Part shown: positions 49,236 through 58,857 of the stretch, in pieces
How the letters are laid out: every line of letters starts with the position of its first letter
Position numbering within the stretch: position 1 is the stretch's first letter
NCBI GenBank assembly: GCA_963693055.1
Contig: OY843751.1
Span: 3,392,001 to 3,456,000 of the forward strand
Length of the DNA: 64,000 bases
Direction of reading: 5' to 3'
Source: a bacterium
GTDB lineage: Bacteria > Zhuqueibacterota > Zhuqueibacteria > Residuimicrobiales > Krinioviventaceae
Made by a program: the position numbers and the translations under genes
The notes under the pieces: model-generated
Databases searched by the model: none
Seen by the model: only the letters and a program-made list of their open reading frames with translations
What the model was told of the DNA's origin: nothing

Positions 49236-51335
49236 TTATGCTACCCATGCCAGGTCAAATTTTTCATTATAGGTTCTGACAAAATGGTGCCGGGTACCAA
49301 GATCAGTATCCAGTTTCAACTGTGGATCTTTTTGCACCAGTTGAAACGCTTCTTTTCGGGCCTTGTGTAAAAGGTCCATATCTTTAACAATATCTGCAAT
49401 TTTCAATTCAGGGAACCCATGCTGCTTTGTTCCAAAAAACTCACCGGGGCCCCGTAATTCCAAATCGATCTCGGCTATCTTGAATCCATCATTGGTCATG
49501 GCCATAGTATCGAGGCGTTTTCTGGCTTCCGCGGATAATTGTCCATATCCTATCAAAATACACCAGGACTGCTTATCACCGCGTCCAACACGTCCACGCA
49601 ACTGGTGCAGCTGGGTTAAGCCAAAACGTTCTGCATGTTCTATCAACATGATGGTTGCATTGGGGACATTCACACCAACCTCAATCACCGTGGTACTGAT
49701 AAGGATTTGAATATCACCCTTTTTAAAAGCAGCCATTACCGCTTCTTTTTCTTCGCTTTTCATTCGACCGTGCAACAAACCCAATCGATAATCTTTGAAA
49801 AACGTGGTACTCATAATCTCATAACTATCGGTAGCAGCTTTTAAATCCGACTTTTCTGTCTCTTCCACCAATGGAAAGACAATATAAACCTGCGAACCTT
49901 TGGCTACCTGGTCCCGAACAAAATGATACACTTTGGAACGAGACCGTTCCTGCCGCCATTCTGTAACAATGGGCTTTCTTCCTGCAGGCAGTTCATCTAT
50001 AATCGATACATCCAGATCACCATAAACAGTCATGGACAACGTCCGGGGAATTGGAGTTGCCGTCATGACAAGAACATCAGGATTGATTGCTTTTTCCATA
50101 AGCTTTGCACGCTGCAATACACCAAAACGGTGCTGCTCGTCAATGATCACAAGTCCCAGATTCTGAAAATCAACAGTTTCCTGTATCAGTGCATGCGTGC
50201 CAACTATTATATGCGCTTGCTGTGTAGCAATTGCTTCAAGTACTTCCTCGCGAACCGCTTTGCTTTGTCCACCTACCAACAAGACGGCTTTAACTCCGAT
50301 AGAATCCAGCATTTCATGGATTGTAAGGTAATGCTGTTCTGCCAGAATTTCTGTTGGAGCCATAATAGCAGCCTGGTATTGGTTTTCCACAGCAATCAGC
50401 ATGCTGATAATGGCTACCATGGTCTTTCCTGAACCTACATCACCCTGTAATAAACGATTCATGGAACGGGGACTCTTCATATCCGCACGAATCTCGTGGA
50501 TCACACGTTTCTGGGCATCAGTCAGTTCAAAAGGCAGATTGTCAACCAACGTTTTTACCCGGTCTCCAACCTGTGTAAACTGAATACCGCCACGGCCATC
50601 CGAGTAATGGGTTTTCCGTAACGCAACCAGCAGTTCCATAAAGAACAACTCGTCAAACTTTAACCTTTTACTCGCTTCAGCTTTAACCTCATGACTCACA
50701 GGAAAATGGATTTGCTCAAGCGCGTCTGCCAGTCCCATTAACTTTTGGCGTTCAAGAATATCTTGCGGTATAGTCTCTCGTATGCTTTTTTTATAAAGCT
50801 TGATCAGATCAACCATCTGTCGCCGAAAACCACGACTGTCAAATTTGGTCTTTGTCAGGGCATCCGTAGAAGGATAAAGTGGTATAATTTTACCGGTGTG
50901 TATCAACTCTCCTTCCGCCTGATTGCCCAGCATATCAAACTCGGGATGTACCATCTGCATACCGTCAAATCGGGTTACTTTGCCGCTGAATGCATACCAG
51001 TCTCCCGGCTTGAACAATCGCTGCCAGATGGTAAACTTGCTGAACCAGATACATGTCAAGTACGATGTTCCATCAGTCACATACAAATGGAACCGATTCC
51101 GTTTACCACGAACAAGCTCGTATTTCACAACACGTCCAATAATGGTTGCTTCCTGGCCGTTTTTCAACTGGGCAATTTTGCCAATATAAGACCGGTCCAG
51201 ATAACGTCTTGGGAAATAGTAGAAAAAGTCAATGATCTGATAGATACCCACTTTATTCAAAGCAGCTGCACGCTTGGGCCCAATACTGGGTAACTTTTCA
51301 ATGGGCTCGTTTAATATGGATGCAGCCTGGGTCAT
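49236..51335 (-). CDS. recG: ATP-dependent DNA helicase RecG
   Basis: RLLQGDVGSGKT, DEQHRFG, TATPIPRT, QLHQLRGRVGRG, DLELRGPGE. Confidence 0.97.
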   Translation of the reverse strand: MTQAASILNEPIEKLPSIGPKRAAALNKVGIYQIIDFFYYFPRRYLDRSYIGKIAQLKNGQEATIIGRVVKYELVRGKRNRFHLYVTDGTSYLTCIWFSKFTIWQRLFKPGDWYAFSGKVTRFDGMQMVHPEFDMLGNQAEGELIHTGKIIPLYPSTDALTKTKFDSRGFRRQMVDLIKLYKKSIRETIPQDILERQKLMGLADALEQIHFPVSHEVKAEASKRLKFDELFFMELLVALRKTHYSDGRGGIQFTQVGDRVKTLVDNLPFELTDAQKRVIHEIRADMKSPRSMNRLLQGDVGSGKTMVAIISMLIAVENQYQAAIMAPTEILAEQHYLTIHEMLDSIGVKAVLLVGGQSKAVREEVLEAIATQQAHIIVGTHALIQETVDFQNLGLVIIDEQHRFGVLQRAKLMEKAINPDVLVMTATPIPRTLSMTVYGDLDVSIIDELPAGRKPIVTEWRQERSRSKVYHFVRDQVAKGSQVYIVFPLVEETEKSDLKAATDSYEIMSTTFFKDYRLGLLHGRMKSEEKEAVMAAFKKGDIQILISTTVIEVGVNVPNATIMLIEHAERFGLTQLHQLRGRVGRGDKQSWCILIGYGQLSAEARKRLDTMAMTNDGFKIAEIDLELRGPGEFFGTKQHGFPELKIADIVKDMDLLHKARKEAFQLVQKDPQLKLDTDLGTRHHFVRTYNEKFDLAWVA

Positions 51336-51346
51336 AATCCTGATAA

Positions 51347-52699
51347 TTATTTAAAAAGAACAGTATATTCAAATTGAGTTTCGCCATTCGATGGCACTTT
51401 GATTTCAAACTCTACCTTGTGCGCTTCTTTTTTAGAAATTTTTGGAGTATCACCAATAAACTCCCAATCACCCCAAAGATTTTCTACAACATAAACAGTT
51501 ACAGCCTCATCCTTGTGGTTACGGAGTTTAATGCGTACCGTTTGCTGCCGACTTTCACGTCCAATTTTCTTGGTATCTACAACAATGCGTTCACCAACAA
51601 TATCAAATGCATCTCCCAGGTAAATGCGCACGGTTTCATCCTTGGGAGTATGGTCAATAGTATCTTCTCCAATAAACTCTTGAGATCCATCAACATCGGT
51701 TTTATACACCCGAATCTTGCCTTTTGGCAGCGGCATACCCAAACCATTATCTTTACTATTTTTCATCTCAAGGGTAACATTGACCTTGTTTTGCCTGTTG
51801 CCGTTAAAAGTATATATCTTTTTTACATCGGCACCGGCCGGGGGAAACAAAGAAAGTTGTTTAATTTGACGATCTTTGATTGTAGCGGGGCGTTGAAGCG
51901 TATATAAATGGTATTCAAAAAAGGATTTTTCTTCAAATTGCGGTTCAGCAGCTGCATATAAAACATCAGCTTTGGCCATACGGTCATAATTACGACGAGA
52001 TTCGGGTTGTTCAATATTCACATCTCCTGCAACCAGTTTTAGCTTGGCATTCTCATAGGTTGCTCCGGAATTGTTTTCAACAGAAACCCAGCCACTCATG
52101 TTTAGTGCGGTATCATCAGTATTTACCACAGCAACATACTCGGCATGCCAGTTGATGCCCCGTGTAAGATAGCTGATCTGAGCATTATAATCACCTGTTT
52201 TGGGGGAATCGAGAAGCCATACCAGTGTTGGCCGGGTTATCAAACCATCAGGTAATGAGGGAAATTCTACACTTTCAAGTGAAGTGGATTTTAATGCTTT
52301 TATCGTTCCATCAGATGTCTGAACGATGATATCACCACCCATTGCACTCAGCAACGTGCCATTTATGGTTCCACCGTCTTTGATGGTTGCAACAATATTC
52401 TGGTCAATATATTTTTCCAGTAATCTGTTTGTACCAACCAGATCATATTCATAATTCTGCTCAAGCATATTTACACTATTATTGCCTGAAACAGCTTTAA
52501 AATGCACAGATGTAGCATCAATTTGTGATGCAACATTGGTAAACCGAAAAGGTTTTACACCTTTTTCAAGAGATACATTACGAGAATCTCTTACAAGTGC
52601 CAAATTATCATTATATATTGTTACTGCCATATCATTAGCAAAAACAACCGCAGTAGACAGCAATAACAGCATAATTATAATTCCTTTTACTGTTTTCAT
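51347..52699 (-). CDS. DUF4139/DUF4140 domain secreted protein
   Basis: Signal peptide; VTIYNDNLALVRD, EQNYEYDL, WHAEY, EYHLY, LGMPLPKG. Confidence 0.8.
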   Translation of the reverse strand: MKTVKGIIIMLLLLSTAVVFANDMAVTIYNDNLALVRDSRNVSLEKGVKPFRFTNVASQIDATSVHFKAVSGNNSVNMLEQNYEYDLVGTNRLLEKYIDQNIVATIKDGGTINGTLLSAMGGDIIVQTSDGTIKALKSTSLESVEFPSLPDGLITRPTLVWLLDSPKTGDYNAQISYLTRGINWHAEYVAVVNTDDTALNMSGWVSVENNSGATYENAKLKLVAGDVNIEQPESRRNYDRMAKADVLYAAAEPQFEEKSFFEYHLYTLQRPATIKDRQIKQLSLFPPAGADVKKIYTFNGNRQNKVNVTLEMKNSKDNGLGMPLPKGKIRVYKTDVDGSQEFIGEDTIDHTPKDETVRIYLGDAFDIVGERIVVDTKKIGRESRQQTVRIKLRNHKDEAVTVYVVENLWGDWEFIGDTPKISKKEAHKVEFEIKVPSNGETQFEYTVLFK

Positions 52700-52775
52700 A
52701 TTAAACCCCTCTCCTTTGTTTAATAAACATAACTTGTGTTCCTGTCAGTAAAACAACAGGTTTGCTTTATTAAAC

Positions 52776-55511
52776 CTAATCCTGGAGCAAAAGTTGCAAA
52801 TTCTCTTCCAACTTTTTCAAGCTGGTTTGCCAATTTTCCTGCTTTTCTTTTTCTTTATCAATTACATCCTTGGGTGCTCTGGCAATAAAATCACGATTTG
52901 ACAGTTTTTTACTCAATCCGGCAAGTTGTTTATCAATTCTTTCGATCTCTTTTGAAAGCCTGCTTTTTTCCACTTCAATATCAATCAATTCGGCAAGCGG
53001 AACAACAATATCCATTCCCTGCACAACAGCAGTTGCAGAAAGTTTGGGACGTTCATTGTCAAAGGCAATATGAGATACTCTTGCAAGTTTCTGAATAGAA
53101 TGTGAACTGCTTTTGATCAATGCCTGTTTTGCTTTTGATGCACCCAGAACAATTAAATCCGCTTCTTTGGCCGGGGGAACATTCATTTCACCGCGTATAT
53201 TTCGAATGGCACCTATAATCTGCTGCAACAGTGACATATCTTTTTCTACAGATGCATCAATTCTTTCGGTCTCTGCCTTGGGATATGGCTGGCTCATAAT
53301 GGATTTCACATCACTTTCCTGATGTAATACATCCGGCAGGTTTTGCCACAATTCTTCTGTAATAAAAGGCATAAACGGATGCAGCAAACGTACTATATTA
53401 TCAAGTATATATACAGCTACGGAACGTGCAACCTGTTGTTTTTTCGGATTATTACTATCATATAACCGGCTCTTGATCAGCTCAATGTACCAGTCACAAT
53501 ACTCGGTCCAGATAAAGCTGTAAAGCGCATGAGTAGCATCATTCATTCTAAAATCATGTAATGACTTTTCAATCTCGATAATAGCGCGGTTCAAACGTGA
53601 CAAAATCCACTTGTCTGCCATTTCCAGATTAGATTCAGGAATATCACTCAGTAAAAGTACCGGTTGGTCTTCATCCAGATTCATCAATACAAAACGTGAT
53701 GCATTCCAAAGTTTATTGGTAAACTTTTGACCCAATTCAATCAAGGTGTGGTCAAATTTTATATCTCCACCCAGGGGTGTTAAATAAACCATGGTTAAAC
53801 GGATAGCATCCGCTCCATATGCAGTTACACCTTTTTTATAAGATGGATTCACTTTTGAAAATGCTGTAATATCTTTACCTTCAACTCCATTGATCAGCCA
53901 AAGCGGATCAGGAGAGTTGCCAAGTGATTTTGACATTTTCTTACCTGACAAATCACGGATCATTCCATTGAAATAAACATCTTTGAAGGGTATATCATCC
54001 ATAAATTCAAGTGAAGCCATAATCATACGGGCAACCCAGAAGAAAATAATATCCGGGCCGGTTGCCAGTGTATCTGTTGGGAAAAACTTTTTCAGATCTG
54101 TTGTTTCGTCAGGCCAACCCAGTGTACTGAACGGCCACAACCAGGATGAAAACCAGGTATCCAAAACATCCTGTTCCTGTTCAAGGTTGGTACTGCCACA
54201 TTCAACGCATGCTTTTGGTTCGTCAATGGAAACCGTTACATGTCCGTGTTCACAATACCAGGCAGGAATTCGATGTCCCCACCAGATTTGACGGCTTATA
54301 CACCAGTCACGGATGTTTTCCATCCAATGAAAATAGGTCTCTTCCCAATGTTTGGGATGGAATTTGATCTGACCTTCACGAACGACCTTGATAGCCGGCT
54401 TAGCCAGGGGTTCCATTTTAACAAACCATTGGTCTGAAAGATGCGGCTCTACAATATCTCCGGAACGGTAGCATTTGGGAATTGCAACGATTTTATTACG
54501 CTCACCACGCAACAGTTTCAAATTCTCAAGATCAGCAAGGATCTTTTTACGGGCTTCAAAACGGTCCAAACCGTTATAATGCCCTGCATTTTCATTCATT
54601 TTACCATGTGCGTCAATTACCGAGATCTGTTCCAGATTATGACGTTGGCCTACTTCAAAATCGTTAAAATCATGTGCGGGTGTTATCTTGACTGCTCCAC
54701 TTCCCAATTCAGGATCAGCATGTTCATCACCAACAATGGGGATCTCACGTCCAATCAAAGGTAAACGCACTTTTTTACCAATCATTGCCTTGTAACGTTC
54801 ATCTTCGGGATGTACAGCAACAGCGGTATCACCCAGCATGGTTTCAGGACGTGTAGTAGATACAATGATCTCTCCTGATCCATCAGCTAATGGATATGCC
54901 AGGTCCCAAAACTTGCCTTCGGTTTCTACATTATCTACTTCTTCATCAGCCAGAGCCGTATAACATTTGGGACACCAGTTGATTAAACGGCGTCCTCTAT
55001 ATATCAAACCTTTATCATACAAACTTACAAATACTTTTTTAACCGCAAAACTGAGGTTTTCATCCATGGTAAAGCATTCACGGTCCCAGTCACAAGCAGC
55101 ACCCAGATGACGTAATTGTTTAAATATAATGCCGCCATACTTTTCTTTCCATTCCCACACGCGCTCCAAAAACTTTTCGCGTCCCAGCATGTGGCGGTCC
55201 AAACCTTCTTCTGCGATGGCAGCTTCTACCTTGTTCTGAGTAGCAATACCGGCATGGTCCGTACCCGGCATCCACAAGGTTTCATAGCCCTGCATTTTTT
55301 TCCATCGAATCAACAGATCCTGAATCGTATTATTCAAAATGTGCCCCATGGTCAACATACCGGTCACATTAGGCGGTGGAATTACAATAGAATAATGCTT
55401 TTTCTTGCTTGTTTCATCACCATGAAAAAGCTTGTGCTCTTCCCAATAAGTGTACCATTTATCTTCAACTTTGGTCGGATCGTATACCTTGTCAAGTTCT
55501 TTAAAGCCCAT
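52776..55511 (-). CDS. valS: Valine--tRNA ligase
   Basis: PPPNVTG, GTDHAGIATQ, TTRPET, DWCISRQIWWGH, KMSKS, C-terminal coiled coil. Confidence 0.97.
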   Translation of the reverse strand: MGFKELDKVYDPTKVEDKWYTYWEEHKLFHGDETSKKKHYSIVIPPPNVTGMLTMGHILNNTIQDLLIRWKKMQGYETLWMPGTDHAGIATQNKVEAAIAEEGLDRHMLGREKFLERVWEWKEKYGGIIFKQLRHLGAACDWDRECFTMDENLSFAVKKVFVSLYDKGLIYRGRRLINWCPKCYTALADEEVDNVETEGKFWDLAYPLADGSGEIIVSTTRPETMLGDTAVAVHPEDERYKAMIGKKVRLPLIGREIPIVGDEHADPELGSGAVKITPAHDFNDFEVGQRHNLEQISVIDAHGKMNENAGHYNGLDRFEARKKILADLENLKLLRGERNKIVAIPKCYRSGDIVEPHLSDQWFVKMEPLAKPAIKVVREGQIKFHPKHWEETYFHWMENIRDWCISRQIWWGHRIPAWYCEHGHVTVSIDEPKACVECGSTNLEQEQDVLDTWFSSWLWPFSTLGWPDETTDLKKFFPTDTLATGPDIIFFWVARMIMASLEFMDDIPFKDVYFNGMIRDLSGKKMSKSLGNSPDPLWLINGVEGKDITAFSKVNPSYKKGVTAYGADAIRLTMVYLTPLGGDIKFDHTLIELGQKFTNKLWNASRFVLMNLDEDQPVLLLSDIPESNLEMADKWILSRLNRAIIEIEKSLHDFRMNDATHALYSFIWTEYCDWYIELIKSRLYDSNNPKKQQVARSVAVYILDNIVRLLHPFMPFITEELWQNLPDVLHQESDVKSIMSQPYPKAETERIDASVEKDMSLLQQIIGAIRNIRGEMNVPPAKEADLIVLGASKAKQALIKSSSHSIQKLARVSHIAFDNERPKLSATAVVQGMDIVVPLAELIDIEVEKSRLSKEIERIDKQLAGLSKKLSNRDFIARAPKDVIDKEKEKQENWQTSLKKLEENLQLLLQD

Positions 55512-55584
55512 GAAACTCCTCAATCTCTGTCATCGGTTTGGTTCATTACTGCATAAAAGCAGACCTAAATATATATAGTTTATT

Positions 55585-55613
55585 AATATAGTAAAACCCT
55601 TTACAAGAGTCAA
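55585..55613 (-). promoter_or_regulatory. sigma70-type promoter TTGACT-N17-TATATT for the valS operon
   Basis: Near-consensus hexamers with an exact 17-nt spacer. Confidence 0.65.
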
Positions 55614-55717
55614 CGAATTTTGGCTCCTCTCAATAGAGAAAAATCATTTTAAAATGAATATTGAAAACAATTCATCAGTTTTACGTATAAAGATTAAATA
55701 ACAGAAAGGATGAATTC

Positions 55718-55951
55718 ATGCAGATCAAAACCATTATTATCACCGTACTATTAACTCTATTTACTATAATCCTAATCCAGAATACAACAATTGTTACTTT
55801 TCAATTGTTATTCTGGCAGGTATCCACATCATTAATTATTCTAATGATCATTATGCTGTTGATCGGTTATTTAATTGGATTATTTTCAAGAGCATTATTT
55901 AAAAAGCGTAAAAAGCAGGAAAATAAACAAACGGAAACCAGCGAAATTTAA
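55718..55951 (+). CDS. LapA/DUF1049-type small membrane protein
   Basis: IILIQNTTIVTFQLLFW...IGYLIG pattern, two TMs, basic tail. Confidence 0.7.
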   Translation: MQIKTIIITVLLTLFTIILIQNTTIVTFQLLFWQVSTSLIILMIIMLLIGYLIGLFSRALFKKRKKQENKQTETSEI

Positions 55952-56005
55952 AAACTTCCCCACTATCCAATTCAACTTATAATAATTAAATTGAACACTT
56001 TTGCA

Positions 56006-56035
56006 CACAATCTGTACCTGTAGGTACAGATTGTG
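56006..56035. repeat. 14-bp perfect inverted repeat (possible upstream activator site or terminator)
   Basis: CACAATCTGTACCT-GT-AGGTACAGATTGTG. Confidence 0.8.
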
Positions 56036-56104
56036 ATTCTCCTGTAAACGGCTAAAACAAACCAATCCCTTGTAAATTATAAACTTGCAAACCAGAAGAT
56101 AATT

Positions 56105-56121
56105 CTGGCATATCCATTGCC
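56105..56121 (+). promoter_or_regulatory. sigma54 (-24/-12) promoter
   Basis: CTGGCATATCCATTGC: GG-N10-GC matching TGGCA-N6-TTGC, about 47 nt before the ATG at 56168. Confidence 0.65.
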
Positions 56122-56167
56122 AAAACAAGGGCAGAAACAAAAACAAACTAACATACAGGAGAACATC

Positions 56168-57037
56168 ATGAAAGTCTTGACCACCAAACGAATCGCATCA
56201 TTCATTTCTACAAGTATTTTGGTATCAATCATTACCTTGACAGGTTGTAGTGAAAACAGTCCTATTGAACCAGAGAGTAACTTTGCATATGATGAAAACG
56301 CAGATGTTGCTGAATCTGTTGCCGGAACCGTTGGTGAAGACACCGGTGGTATGATGGACCAAATGAACGATATGATGGTTCTGGCCGGTGAAGAATCTCT
56401 GGCAAAAACTGAGGGTGACTTTTTTGAATCCAAAGAAAAAAACTGGGATGAAGCCACACAATCGTGGATTATATCAGTTAAACGTGAACGCGGATATGAA
56501 GAAAGCTCTTTTTACGCATTGATTGAAAGAGAATACCAGGTCCAGTTCCTGAATTCAGGCAATGTTCCTCAAAAATTCTGGATAACCAATAATGATACAG
56601 CCACCACAATGACGTTTAAAATTGTAACAGGAGAAGGACGTCATAAAACACTCAAATTATCACAGGAATTGCTAGAACTGGATGGCAGCTTTACTGCAAC
56701 GGGTGTAAATACAGATACTGTAACATTTGTAGGAAATTACTCACGCGCGGCTGTAGATACCATTACTACAGAAAGGTTTACACGCATACATAATCATTCA
56801 ACAGCATTATCCTTTACTTTGGCAGGTCCTCGTATGAGCAGTGCAGACCTGACCCAGCACTATACAGGACAAATTACCGGTACTTATAATGCCGATATAG
56901 AATTCAACGGAGAAAACGGCATGGTAGATCGGTCAATTGAAAAATCATTTACCATTGATGTAGATGAAGGTAACGCAGAAATCATCATCAACAAGCACTT
57001 GTACATGTGCAGTTTAATAACCGGACAGGTTGAATAA
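56168..57037 (+). CDS. Hypothetical beta-rich lipoprotein
   Basis: RBS AGGAG; signal peptide with lipobox LTGC; Thr/Gly-rich strands. Confidence 0.75.
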   Translation: MKVLTTKRIASFISTSILVSIITLTGCSENSPIEPESNFAYDENADVAESVAGTVGEDTGGMMDQMNDMMVLAGEESLAKTEGDFFESKEKNWDEATQSWIISVKRERGYEESSFYALIEREYQVQFLNSGNVPQKFWITNNDTATTMTFKIVTGEGRHKTLKLSQELLELDGSFTATGVNTDTVTFVGNYSRAAVDTITTERFTRIHNHSTALSFTLAGPRMSSADLTQHYTGQITGTYNADIEFNGENGMVDRSIEKSFTIDVDEGNAEIIINKHLYMCSLITGQVE

Positions 57038-57073
57038 ATATTCTCTCTCTCTCCCCCTCAAACACACTCTTCT

Positions 57074-57107
57074 AAAAACGACAGTCAAAATATGACTGTC
57101 GTTTTTT
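57074..57107 (+). terminator. Intrinsic terminator
   Basis: AAAAACGACAGTCA-AAATA-TGACTGTCGTTTTTT. Confidence 0.8.
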
Positions 57108-57271
57108 AATTATAAATTAAAAAAAATGAGAAAAATCATTGAAAATTAATTTTTTATTTTGAAATTTAAAAATCTTTACTATTTTATAAATGAATATGGA
57201 CATCTAATGTATCTTTATAATTATTTAAAGGTTACATTAACGAACATTTTCTCCACAAAAGGGGAAAATTA

Positions 57272-58831
57272 ATGCAAAATATGCGCGATTTTGACAAACC
57301 CTATATACTCCTGGTTGAAGATAATAAAGACCAGGCATTTGTAGTATCTTATTTTTTAAAAGAAAAAGGCTACCATGTAGACTGGTGTAACACTGCTAAA
57401 TCCGCTGTGCGTAAAGCCTACCAGCATGATTACAATTTAATTTTACTTGATGTAATGTTAAATTCGGACAAGGACGGATTTGAATTGATCCAATTTTTCA
57501 AATCTTCTCCCCCACTCAAGGAAATACCGGTAATTATGCTGACGGCAAGATCAAACAGCAAGGATAAAGTCAATGGTTTAAAACTGGGGGCAGACGATTA
57601 TATTACCAAACCATTTGACAGGGATGAGCTTCTTGCAAGAATTGAAAGTACTATCGAACGCAAGAATAAAGTCAGATACATTGAACAGTTTAAAGATCTT
57701 TTAGAAAACACAGATGATATTGTTTTACTGTTAGACAGCAAAGGGATTATTGATCACGCCAATAAACAGGCCAAGATCATCATTCCTCAATTAAAGAACA
57801 AAGATAAAAAATATAAACTTGTAGACATATTTGATCCCATGTTTTCTTCGGCTATCCTGGCATTTTTTGACAGGGTGCTTCAAGGTATGGAAGTAAAAGG
57901 CACAGATTGGAAATTAAGGCAATCAGCAGAAACAGTCACATCCGTTGATGCCAAATTATTACCCATCTTGCAGGGAGAACGGATCATTGGTGTGGGATGT
58001 ATTTTTCGGGATTCTTCACAACGTATACAGGCAATTCAGGAATTTGAAAAACGGAATCGTGATTTACAGCAGCGAGTCAGACAAACTGATGCCCGTCTGA
58101 ACGAAGTACAGGAAAAGCTAATCATGTCTGAAAAGCTGGCAGTTATGGGAGAACTTGCAGCCGCTATTGCACATGAAATACGAAATCCGTTAAATACAAT
58201 CAGTTCTTCCATATACTTTTTGCAAAGGATATTAAAATCAGAAGAGCCCAAGGCACATGAGCATTTAAATATCATCAGGCAAGAGATACAACGCACCCAG
58301 AATATTATTGTCAATCTTTTAGATTTTTCAAGAAAATCAGGTTCAGACAAAACAGAAACAGAAATTAACCAGCTTGTAAACCAAACCCTGGTTCTGGTTG
58401 AAAAAGAACTATTTATCAACAATATTTCACTAAATAAGGAATTAAACAATGTTGAAAAATGTTTTGTGAATCCAGATGATATGAAGCAAATTTTTTTAAA
58501 CCTGATTCTGAACGCTAGAGATGCTATGCCTAAAGGTGGTGATTTAACCGTAATAACGGAAATGAAAGACGACAAGATACGGGTGACCATATCAGATACA
58601 GGCAAAGGGATCCCAAAACACATTTTAGACAAAATTTTCGATCCATTTTTTTCCACCAAAGAAGAAGGGCAGAATGTAGGTATAGGGTTATCGATAGTAC
58701 AAACTGCTATAGAACGAAACAATGGTACAATTCAGGTTTCTTCCAATGGTAACTCGGGAACGACATTTACAATTTGTCTCCCAGCGATAGATTCTAATCC
58801 CAAGAACCCTTTAAATGAACTAAAAAACTAA
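57272..58831 (+). CDS. Cytoplasmic hybrid histidine kinase (REC-PAS-HisKA-HATPase)
   Basis: LLVED...LLDVML...ITKPF receiver; PAS-like region; AHEIRNPL, NLILNARDA, DTGKGI, FFSTK, GIGL. Confidence 0.9.
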   Translation: MQNMRDFDKPYILLVEDNKDQAFVVSYFLKEKGYHVDWCNTAKSAVRKAYQHDYNLILLDVMLNSDKDGFELIQFFKSSPPLKEIPVIMLTARSNSKDKVNGLKLGADDYITKPFDRDELLARIESTIERKNKVRYIEQFKDLLENTDDIVLLLDSKGIIDHANKQAKIIIPQLKNKDKKYKLVDIFDPMFSSAILAFFDRVLQGMEVKGTDWKLRQSAETVTSVDAKLLPILQGERIIGVGCIFRDSSQRIQAIQEFEKRNRDLQQRVRQTDARLNEVQEKLIMSEKLAVMGELAAAIAHEIRNPLNTISSSIYFLQRILKSEEPKAHEHLNIIRQEIQRTQNIIVNLLDFSRKSGSDKTETEINQLVNQTLVLVEKELFINNISLNKELNNVEKCFVNPDDMKQIFLNLILNARDAMPKGGDLTVITEMKDDKIRVTISDTGKGIPKHILDKIFDPFFSTKEEGQNVGIGLSIVQTAIERNNGTIQVSSNGNSGTTFTICLPAIDSNPKNPLNELKN

Positions 58832-58857
58832 CAAATTCATTCAAGCAGGATTGTATT

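Noticed and set aside
57042-57073. CT-rich tract after the lipoprotein gene
   Set aside because: Short, non-coding and downstream of a stop codon; no evidence of phase variation
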